Assembly: GCA_045046875.1 (NCBI GenBank)
Contig: JASFYY010000054.1
Coordinates: 1 to 64,000, forward strand
Reading direction: 5' to 3'
DNA: 64,000 bases
DNA from: Verrucomicrobiota bacterium
GTDB taxonomy: Bacteria; Verrucomicrobiota; Verrucomicrobiia; Verrucomicrobiales; DEV007
A program made the translations under genes and the position numbers. The notes beneath the pieces were generated by a model. The model was not told the DNA's origin. It worked only from the letters and a program-made list of their open reading frames with translations, and searched no databases. How positions within the stretch are numbered: position 1 is the stretch's first letter; every line of letters starts with the position of its first letter. Shown here in pieces: positions 49,452 to 58,300 of this stretch.

Positions 49452-50012
49452 ATGAAAAAAGTAATTTCAGGTCTGAAGAAAAAATTCGGCAAAACGATCA
49501 CTGGAACGATTGAGTTTCGTGGCGAGCACACGTTGTTGGTGAAAAAGGAGAAAACCAAGGAATTGCTGAAACATTGCCGGGATGAGTTGGGCTTTGATTA
49601 TTTGCTCGATGTGAGCAGTGTGGATTATCTGGGCAGCGAGCCGCGTTTCGAGATGGTCTATGAATTGTGCCGTTTAGCGGCGGGCGAGCATCTGCGCATC
49701 AAGTGTGCGTTGGAGGAAGACGAGCCGATGGACACGGTTTCGGATTTGTGGGCGACGGCCAATTGGCATGAACGTGAAATTTACGATATGATGGGGATCA
49801 AGTTCGATGGACACCCCGACTTGACCCGTATTTTGATGTGGGAGGGGTATCCTTATTTTCCTCTGCGCAAAGATTTTCCGCTTGCGGGCAAACCCAGCGA
49901 AATGCCAGATGTGGCCTTTACCGAAACGGCGCCTTTGGCAGGTGGTCCTTTTGTGACTAGCCCGACGACGCAGAGCAGCGTGCACCGCGAACCGCGTTCG
50001 CAGGAGGTGTGA
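49452..50012 (+). CDS. nuoC: NADH-quinone oxidoreductase subunit C
   Basis: RFEMVYEL, ANWHEREIYDMMGIKFDGHPDLTRILM, PLRKDFPL. Confidence 0.95.
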   Translation: MKKVISGLKKKFGKTITGTIEFRGEHTLLVKKEKTKELLKHCRDELGFDYLLDVSSVDYLGSEPRFEMVYELCRLAAGEHLRIKCALEEDEPMDTVSDLWATANWHEREIYDMMGIKFDGHPDLTRILMWEGYPYFPLRKDFPLAGKPSEMPDVAFTETAPLAGGPFVTSPTTQSSVHREPRSQEV

Positions 50013-50208
50013 AGTCAATTGGCAGGGGATAATTGACAATTGAAAATGGGCTCAGGGAGCAGTCCGATCTTCGCATTACTGTCAGGGGGCTCGTTGGAAT
50101 TCTTTTAGATGATTGGTGACTAATACGGCTTTTGCGTAAGTCCTGTTTTTTATCACCGTGGATTCCGCAGCTGAGTAGCTGAGGCGGTTGGAGGTCATTA
50201 GTATTTAG

Positions 50209-50805
50209 TTACCAGATCACTTTTCCTGTTATTGAGGAGAAAGGGACGGGGCCGTAGCCCCGGCTGTCGTAAGAGTGGTCGCGGTTGTCACCGATCAATA
50301 GTAATTCGTTTTTGCCGATGGTTATTTCTGTAGGCGATTCTGCGGGTTTTGTGCGTTTGCTTTCGTAGGCGACTTCGTATTTGGTTCCGAGATTGGATTC
50401 CAGAAAAATGATAAGTTCTTCCTCACGTCGGATTTTGGTTAGGGGAAGTGTTTTGTTGGCCACTTTTAATTCGCCCGAGGGGAGCTGGGAAAAGGTGTCG
50501 CCTGGTAGGGCGATGACTCTGGATATGATGAACGAGCTGCGACCGTCATGAATCTGTTTGAATACTATGACGTCGCCTTTTTTGATCTGGGAGATAGAGT
50601 TGTAAGGGTGGCGCAGTGCAATGGCCCGGGTATTGGCGGGTTTGCCAGGGTACATTCCGTTGGTGGGGATGATATAGGGTTGCAGATAAAAAACCCGGGC
50701 GATGATAATGGCGGCAAGAAGTAATGCAGAGACGATAAAAACAAGGGCTCCCCCAATGGCCAGGGTGATGGCTATTTTTTTCTGCTTGGAAGCTGCGGGG
50801 CTCAT
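50209..50805 (-). CDS. Signal peptidase I (S26) homologue lacking the canonical Ser/Lys dyad
   Basis: TM anchor; IPTNGMYP (canonical IPSxSMxP), KGDVIVF, IISRVIALPGD (canonical IKRVIGLPGD), GDNRDHSYDSR. Confidence 0.8.
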   Translation of the reverse strand: MSPAASKQKKIAITLAIGGALVFIVSALLLAAIIIARVFYLQPYIIPTNGMYPGKPANTRAIALRHPYNSISQIKKGDVIVFKQIHDGRSSFIISRVIALPGDTFSQLPSGELKVANKTLPLTKIRREEELIIFLESNLGTKYEVAYESKRTKPAESPTEITIGKNELLLIGDNRDHSYDSRGYGPVPFSSITGKVIW

Positions 50806-52142
50806 TTTTGCTGGGAGAGCTTCACGATTGCCTGGCTGATGTCGGTTCCGCTGGTTTGCTGGAAAATGCGCAAATCAAACTCCGGGGCGACGGCGAGAAA
50901 GTGATCAAAAATGTCGGCTTGGATTCTTTCGTATTCGACCCAGTTGGTGGTGGTGGTGAAACAGTAAATTTCTATCGGCAGCCCTTCACTGCTGGGGGCG
51001 AGTTGCCGCACCAGTAGGGTCATGCCGTGCTGGTGGATATCGGAGTGGTTGCGCAGGTAGGCTTCGATGTAGTTGCGGAAGGTGCCGACGTTGGTCAGGC
51101 GCCGTCCGTTGACGAGGTTGTTGTGACTGGATGTGGCGTGGGTTTTGTTCCATGCGGCGATTTCACTTTCCTTCTTTTTTAGATAGTCACAGATGTGCTC
51201 GATCTTGCGGAAGCGTTCGAGCATGGCAGGGTCGGCGAGGCGGATGGAGTTCACGTCGATGAGTAAGCTGCGTTTGATCCTGCGGCCTCCGCTGTCGGTC
51301 ATGCCTTGCCAGTTTTTGAAAGGTTGGCTGATCAGGGTGTAGGTCGGCAGGGTGGTGACGGTGTTATCAAAGTTGCGCACTTTCACTACAGTGAGGCCGA
51401 CTTCCTCTACGGTGCCGTCGGCGCCATGGCTGGGCATTTCCAACCAGTTGCCTAGCTTGAGCATTTTGTTCGAGGTGATTTGGATGCCGGCGACAAAACC
51501 GAGAATGACATCTTTAAAAACCAGCATCAGGACTGAAGCGAACATGCCTAGTCCGCCAAGCAACATCAGGGGGGATTTGCCAATCAGAATGGCAATGATA
51601 AGGATGAGCGCGATCAGGGTGGTGAACAACTTTACCACTTGAATGAAGGTGCCGACGATGAATCGCTGCGCCGATTCTCTTTGGCGATAAATAACGTGAA
51701 TGACGTTCAATAGTGAGTCGATGGTGAAGTAAGCTGCGATCACTATGTAAATCAGGGCAGCTGAATTGGTGAAGGTCACCAGAGTGGGAAAATTCTTGAA
51801 TAGCCCCGGGGTGATCAGGTAGATGAAAAGGGCTGGGAAAAAATGGGTGGACCAGCGGAACACGCCGAAGCCAAAGAGTTTGTCGTCCCAGGAGAAGCTA
51901 GTGCGTTTGATCACTACGTGCATCCAACGCAGAAGGAGCGGGCGTAGGATGAGGTAGATCAGCGCAGAGATTAGAACAAGCCCTGAGATCAAGGCGAGTA
52001 AGGCGACCGTCGCTTCGAATTCTTCGGGAATCCACGATTGTCTATGCAACCATTGGGTAAGATGGTCGCTCACAGCAGAGGCCTGCTGGTCGATTTGTTC
52101 CAAGCCTTTTATTGGAGGCGGGTTTGATGCTTCTGCGGCCAT
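50802..52142 (-). CDS. MscS-family mechanosensitive channel (YbdG/miniconductance type)
   Basis: LGGLG..LMLVFKD.ILGFVAGIQ, KVRNFDNT, FKNWQGM..SGGRRIKRS, RRLTNVGTFR, GLPIEIYCF. Confidence 0.92.
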   Translation of the reverse strand: MAAEASNPPPIKGLEQIDQQASAVSDHLTQWLHRQSWIPEEFEATVALLALISGLVLISALIYLILRPLLLRWMHVVIKRTSFSWDDKLFGFGVFRWSTHFFPALFIYLITPGLFKNFPTLVTFTNSAALIYIVIAAYFTIDSLLNVIHVIYRQRESAQRFIVGTFIQVVKLFTTLIALILIIAILIGKSPLMLLGGLGMFASVLMLVFKDVILGFVAGIQITSNKMLKLGNWLEMPSHGADGTVEEVGLTVVKVRNFDNTVTTLPTYTLISQPFKNWQGMTDSGGRRIKRSLLIDVNSIRLADPAMLERFRKIEHICDYLKKKESEIAAWNKTHATSSHNNLVNGRRLTNVGTFRNYIEAYLRNHSDIHQHGMTLLVRQLAPSSEGLPIEIYCFTTTTNWVEYERIQADIFDHFLAVAPEFDLRIFQQTSGTDISQAIVKLSQQK

Positions 52143-52148
52143 GTTATT

Positions 52149-53132
52149 TTATTTTCTGCTGTAACCGTGGGGGTGTTGATTGTGCCAATCCCAGGCGCTT
52201 TGGATGATGGATTCGAGACTGGGGTAGTCGGGCTGCCAGCCGAGTTCGGTGCGAATTTTGCTGCTATCGGCGACCAGGGTGGCGGGGTCGCCGGCGCGGC
52301 GGGCAACGGTTTCTGCGGGGATGGCGTGTCCGGTGATTTCGCGTGCGGTGTCGATGACCTGTTTGACGCTGAATCCGGCGCCGTTGCCGAGGTTGTAGTG
52401 GCAGCACTCGGTGTTTTCTAGTGACTCCAATGCTAATAGGTGGGCCTTGGCGAGATCGGCGATGTGGATGTAATCGCGCACGCAGGTGCCGTCGGGAGTG
52501 TCGTAGTCGTCACCAAAAATTTTCAGGGAATCCCGTTGGCCGAGGGCGACTTGCAAAACCAGGGGGATGAGGTGGGACTCGGGAGTGTGATCCTCGCCGC
52601 GCTGTGCGGTGGCTCCGGCGGCATTGAAGTAGCGCAGGCAGGCGTAACGGAAACCTTTGGTGATGCGTAGCCAGTGTAAAAAGCGCTCGATGATGAACTT
52701 GGACTCACCGTAGGGGCTGCCGGGAACGAGTCGTTCTTGTTCGTTGATGGGGATGGTTTCCGGATCGTCGAAGAGATTAGCGGTGGAGGAGAGAATAAAG
52801 CGGCGCACATTGTGTTGAGCCATCACTTCCAGCAGGTTGAGGGCATTTTTTACGTTTTCTCCCAGGTAGAGGAAAGGCTGCTCCATCGACTCACCAACCT
52901 GGGTGTGCGAGGCAAAATGCATGACAGCATCGGGTTGGTGTTGTTGAAAACAATCATTGAGAAGCGCACGATCGCAGAGGTCGCCTTCGACAAAAGCGGC
53001 GTCGGGGTGAACCGCCTCACGGTGTCCCATATAGAGGCTGTCATAGACGACGGCGTCGTGTCCTGCTTTGATAATGCATTCGGTGGCGATGCTGCCGATG
53101 TAGCCGGCTCCGCCGGTGACTAGAATTTTCAT
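52149..53132 (-). CDS. galE: UDP-glucose 4-epimerase
   Basis: [46 protein letters not shown]. Confidence 0.95.
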   Translation of the reverse strand: MKILVTGGAGYIGSIATECIIKAGHDAVVYDSLYMGHREAVHPDAAFVEGDLCDRALLNDCFQQHQPDAVMHFASHTQVGESMEQPFLYLGENVKNALNLLEVMAQHNVRRFILSSTANLFDDPETIPINEQERLVPGSPYGESKFIIERFLHWLRITKGFRYACLRYFNAAGATAQRGEDHTPESHLIPLVLQVALGQRDSLKIFGDDYDTPDGTCVRDYIHIADLAKAHLLALESLENTECCHYNLGNGAGFSVKQVIDTAREITGHAIPAETVARRAGDPATLVADSSKIRTELGWQPDYPSLESIIQSAWDWHNQHPHGYSRK

Positions 53133-53193
53133 GGGCGAAGATTAGCTTAAAAAATGCCGGGGCGCAAAGGGTCTTGCCGCGACTTTTGAAAAA

Positions 53194-53961
53194 TCAGAGG
53201 AACTGTTTTTGATATTGTAATGGGGTCAGGCCTATAGCTTTTTTGAATTGTCGGGTGAAGGAGCTTTGATCGTAAAATCCCAGATCAAGGGCGATGTCAC
53301 CGATGGGCTGGGAGTTTTTTCGCAGCAGGGCGCAGGCGTCGAGGATACGCATTTTTATGATGTATTCGCGTGGGCTGAGATTGAAATAAGTTCTGAACTT
53401 TCGTTCAAACTGGCGCAGGGAGAGATCGCATAGGCGGGCGAGTTTCTGGATGGAGAGTTTTTCGCAGTAGTTCCGGGCGATCAGATCCATGGCGGGTTGG
53501 ATGTCAGCATGGCTGGGGAGCTTTTTTTGATATTGTTCATAGCTCTGGATGACGCCCATGATGCCGAGCACTTGGCCGTCTTTGCCGAGCATGGGTAATT
53601 TGGTGGTCAGGAACCAGGAGGGGATGCCCTGGCTGTTGAGGAAAAGTTCGACGAGATTGACCGTGGGGTTGCGGGTTTTCATGATCATGAGATCGTCGCG
53701 GCGATACTTTTCCGCCATTTGTACGGGCAGAAGATCAAAGTCACTGTGGCCAATCAGATCTTGCTCGCATTGGAAGCCGTAGAGTTTGACGAGGCGTTGG
53801 TTGGCTGCCAGTAGAATCCCGTCTTTGTCCTTGGCAAAGAAGCACAGCCCTTCGACGTAATTGAAGAGGTGGTAAAAGCGGCTTTCGGGGGAGATGGATT
53901 CTAAAATGGCGCGGCGCTTTTTGAGAGTTCCTTCAGATGCTTTTTGAGTAGGGAGGGTCAT
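53194..53961 (-). CDS. AraC family regulator with N-terminal PAS domain
   Basis: FFAKDKDG..AN..G.SDFDL (PAS); SLRQFERKF and LGFYDQSSFTRQFKK..G.TP (AraC HTH). Confidence 0.92.
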   Translation of the reverse strand: MTLPTQKASEGTLKKRRAILESISPESRFYHLFNYVEGLCFFAKDKDGILLAANQRLVKLYGFQCEQDLIGHSDFDLLPVQMAEKYRRDDLMIMKTRNPTVNLVELFLNSQGIPSWFLTTKLPMLGKDGQVLGIMGVIQSYEQYQKKLPSHADIQPAMDLIARNYCEKLSIQKLARLCDLSLRQFERKFRTYFNLSPREYIIKMRILDACALLRKNSQPIGDIALDLGFYDQSSFTRQFKKAIGLTPLQYQKQFL

Positions 53962-54119
53962 GGCGGCCGTTTTTTGGATTTAATATCAATATAATGTCGC
54001 TTTGATACTAAAATCAATCTGAAGCAGCCAAGATGGTTGGGCCGGAGTGGTTTTATTTTGAGTAAGATCGGGACAGGCAAAAATGTCGTTGCCGGTGTTC
54101 ACTAAATAAAATCAAAAGT

Positions 54120-55310
54120 ATGAATGCAGATCATCAATACCGGGTAGCTATCGTGGGGCTTAGTTTTGGAGCGGAGTTTATTCCTATTTACCAGAGTTAC
54201 CCTAATACGGAGTTGGTGGCGATTTGCCAGCGCACGGAGGAGGAGCTGAATAAGGTGGGAGATGCTTTTGCTATTGCTGAATCTGGGCGTTTCACAAATT
54301 TTAATGAAATGCTTAAGGATGAGAGCATTGATATTGTGCATATCAATACGCCGCCATTTCTGCACGCGGATCAAACGGTGGCGGCTCTGGAGGCGGGCAA
54401 ACATGTGGCTTGCACGATTCCGATGGCGGTGTCGGTTGAGGATTGCAAGAGGATCGTCGAGGCGCAGCAGGCTTCGGGCAAACAATACATGATGATGGAG
54501 ACGGTGGTTTATAGTCGAGAGTATTTGTATGTGAAGGAACTCTACGACAAGGGGGAAATGGGCAAGTTACAGTTTTTTCGATCATCGCATGTGCAGGATA
54601 TGGGCGGTTGGCCGGAATATTGGGAAGGCTTGCCTCCGATGTACAATGGCACCCATGCTATTTCACCGACTTTGGCCTTGGGACGCGATCAGGCGGAATG
54701 GGTTCGCTGTATCGGTTCGGGAACGATTGAGAAAAAGATGCATGAGAACTATGGTTCTCCTTTTTGTATCGAATCAACCCATATCAAGTTCAAGGACTCG
54801 GATCTTTTTGCGGAGGTGACTCGTTCTTTGTTTAATGTGTCGCGACAGTATCGGGAGAGTTTTGATGTTTATGCCGAGAAGAAGAGTTTTGAATGGAGTT
54901 TGGTAGAGGAAGCCGGGCATATTCTCCATAGCGGTGAAAAACCGGAGAAAGTTGAGATCCCGGACTACGCACATCGCTTGCCGGAAGAGATTCAGAGTTT
55001 CACCACGGGTGGGGTGTATGGTGGAGAGGACGGTGAAGAGCATTTGAGTTTCACTCAAGGCGGCGGACATGGAGGCTCTCATCCGCATTTGGTGCATGAA
55101 TTCATCTCAGCTCTGATGGAGGGACGCGAGCCTTATCCCAATGCGCGTCAGGGTGCGAACATCACTTGCAGCGGAATTCTTTCGCATGAATCGGCATTGC
55201 AAGGGGGCGAGAAGGTTATGTTACCTGAGTGGACTTTTGTAGAACAACAACCGTCTATAGTGAAAGAGTTGCTAGGAGGCCCGGTTAGTCAATTTGAAAA
55301 GGAGGCATAA
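54120..55310 (+). CDS. Gfo/Idh/MocA family oxidoreductase
   Basis: RVAIVGLSFG Rossmann fold, IVHINTP..H..ALEAGKHV, GGGHGGSH. Confidence 0.9.
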   Translation: MNADHQYRVAIVGLSFGAEFIPIYQSYPNTELVAICQRTEEELNKVGDAFAIAESGRFTNFNEMLKDESIDIVHINTPPFLHADQTVAALEAGKHVACTIPMAVSVEDCKRIVEAQQASGKQYMMMETVVYSREYLYVKELYDKGEMGKLQFFRSSHVQDMGGWPEYWEGLPPMYNGTHAISPTLALGRDQAEWVRCIGSGTIEKKMHENYGSPFCIESTHIKFKDSDLFAEVTRSLFNVSRQYRESFDVYAEKKSFEWSLVEEAGHILHSGEKPEKVEIPDYAHRLPEEIQSFTTGGVYGGEDGEEHLSFTQGGGHGGSHPHLVHEFISALMEGREPYPNARQGANITCSGILSHESALQGGEKVMLPEWTFVEQQPSIVKELLGGPVSQFEKEA

Positions 55311-55314
55311 GATT

Positions 55315-58300
55315 ATGATACGGAAAACTCTCATTTTTATTATTATAGGTCTTTGTCTGTTAAGCGAGGGCTTCGCGATTGAACCTTTACGGGTTTTTAT
55401 CCGTGGTGGAGAAAAAACTCATGCGCCCGGGGCTCACGAATATCCGCAATTTGTGAAACAGTGGAAAATCTTGTTGGAAGAGCGTGGAGCCGTTTGTGAA
55501 GCGAGTTTAACGTTTCCCAATCGAGAGCAGTTGGCGGATACGGATGTATTGATCTTGCACGCCAAAGAGGCGGGTAATATTGAAGGGGAGAACCGGAGCA
55601 ATTTAGAGTCGTTCCTGCAACGTGGCGGTGGCTTGGTAGTGATTCATGCAGGCAGTGTTTCTCGCGATCCGGACTGGTATCGTGAGGTCATTGGCGGTTC
55701 CTGGAGGCATGGCACGACGCAGTTTTTTGAGGGGCATTTGAGTTTGTATTTCACGGATCGGAGAAACGCGATAACTAAAGATCTGTCTAATTTTGATCTA
55801 AATGATGAAATTTATTATGACATGGACATTTTGCCCGAGGTTCATGTGCTGGCGGCGGCTTACACTCCAAAGTTGAAGGAGGGGAAACCAGGCAAGGGGA
55901 AAGGGGTGAATATTTATGATATCCAACCGCAAATTTGGACTTATGAGAAGACTTGGCAGGGGGCAGCGGAGTCTTATCGATCTTTTGTGTGCATTCCCGG
56001 GCATTGGCAGCGGAATTTTGATCATCTGGGGATTCGCACCTTGTTGCTGAGAGGAATAGCCTGGGCAGGCAAGCGGAAAAATGTCGATGAGTTTTGCAAG
56101 GCGGAGGAGCTGGGTGATGCTTTGCGTTATGTGCAGGGGGGAGTTCCTCGTCCAGAAAAATTACAGGAATCTCTGGAAGTGCATCCAGAATTTGATCTTT
56201 CATTGGTGGCTGCCGAGCCCTTGATCAGCAATCCGTTGGATATCGATTGGGATGAAAAAGGGCGACTGTGGGTGTGTGAGTCGCCGGAGTATCCGAACGG
56301 TCGCCGTCAGACAGAAGGAGCTGCGTGGATAGATAGTGGTTCGCTGAGTCCTGGTGACTATAAACGTGATGCTCTCGATCGTATCAGTATCTTGATTGAT
56401 GAGGATGGCGATGGGGTAATGGATCACAAAAAAGTGTTTGCGGATAATTTGGAACTGGCAACGAGTTTTGTGTTTTATAGGAATGGAGTGATCGTGAGCG
56501 CGGCGCCGGATATTTGGTTGTTCGAAGACACTGACGGGGATGATGTGGCGGACAAACGAACCCGGCTTTTTAGTAAGCTGGGCAATCGCGATACTCATGC
56601 GGTGATCAATAATTTACGCTGGGGGCAGGACGGTTGGGTCTATGCGACTCACGGTTATTCGGCCAGTTCGAATGTCACCAGTGGGGATGGGAAAAAGTCT
56701 TTTGGTGGTATTGGCAGTGGTGTGGTACGCTTCAAAGCTGATGGATCTGCTTTTGAACAGTATGCTTCCAAAGGGGGCAATACCTGGGGTTTGTCGTTGA
56801 CCACGGATGGCGAAGTTTTTTACACCCAACCCACGACGGGGAATCCGCTCGTTCATGTGGTGCTGCCGGAGTATGTCCTTGCCAAAGGGAAACTGCCAGG
56901 CTTGGTGGGGACTCAGGGTTTGTTACCGGGGGCGAAGGTGTATCCAGCGATGACTTGGGAACAAACGGCCTATGTGCAGATTGATCAAGTGGGGGGGTAT
57001 ACGGCGGGAGCGGGCTGTGTGGTTTATGAAGGCGGCGCATGGCCGGAGCAGTGGAAAAACCGTTATTTTACGACTGAAGCAACAGTTAATGTTGTTGGTG
57101 ATTTTTTGCTTGAGAAAAACGGGGCGAACTATCGAGCGAGTCGTGAAGAGGGAACTGAAGGAAGTGAGTTTATCCGCAGTAGCAATCTTTGGTTTCGTCC
57201 TATTGGGGTGCGCACGGGGCCTGACGGAGCCTTGTATGTGGTTGATTTTTGCAATCAGGCAATCATTCACAATGATACCAGGGGCCCAAAACATGGGCCG
57301 GGCAATGCGGCGGTGCGACCGGATCGCGATCACTACTATGGTCGTATTTGGCGAGTGCAGCACAAACAAGCGAAGGTATTGCCAGCTTTGAATCTAGCTC
57401 GTGGTGACAAGGCTGCGTTGGAACAAGCGGCGAAAAGTCCTAACAAGATAACTCGTAATACAGCGTTGCGCTTGCTGCGGGAGAACCATGGTTTTGCGCC
57501 GTTACGGGTGGGCAGCGCGGCGGTGCGCAGTTATGAAAGGGCGCTGGCCTCGCGGGACAATGCGGACATTGTCAGGCAGGCGGCGACGACCATGGATGAT
57601 TGGACTTTGTCGGCATTGGTGGCGGCTTCGTCTGAGCCGGGTCAGCGTGCGCTGCAAACGATTGAGCTGGTTTTTGATGCCGAAACCAAGCAGGGGCTGG
57701 TGAAGTTCGTAGCCGCCTTGATGCCAGCAGTGGCGAAGGGGGATGCTAAGAAGGATGCGAATGTCATGAGTCTGCTGCAAGCTTGTGCTAAAGCGGGGCA
57801 AAAACAAGAGCCGCTGGTGGCTACGGTAATGAAAGCGCTGTCTGGCGAAGGCTTTGAGCTGTCGTCTTTCACTCCGGAGTTAAAATCTCTGTTAAAAACT
57901 TTTTTGCAAGAAGCTGATAGGTCCGCACTTGTTTTGCCTTTGATCAGCAGGTGGGATCGGAAGGGTGAGTTGAACAAGGAAGTGGCGGCAGTGATTGATG
58001 AAATGCTGATTAAGATTGGGCAAGAGGGAGTGAGTGAAGATGAAAAGTTGGCGGCGGCGAGTTCCTTGCTTGGTATGATAGGAGTAAATGATAAGATTGC
58101 TTCAGCTTTGCAGCGAGTGATGCATGGCAAGGGGACGGATGTTTTTAAATCGAAGCTGGTGAAAGCGATGGGGAAATCGGATGACCCGAAGGTGGGCGGG
58201 ATTCTCGTTGCCAGTCTAGCTGAATTGCCGCCATCTCAGCGCAGCATTGTTTTTGAACAAGTGATCAAGCGTAAGGGCTGGACGAATCAGTTGCTCGATT

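Noticed and set aside
50133..50145. TGCGTAAGTCCTG as an IS or MITE terminus after nuoC
   Set aside because: Single short occurrence with no partner inverted repeat seen in the window.
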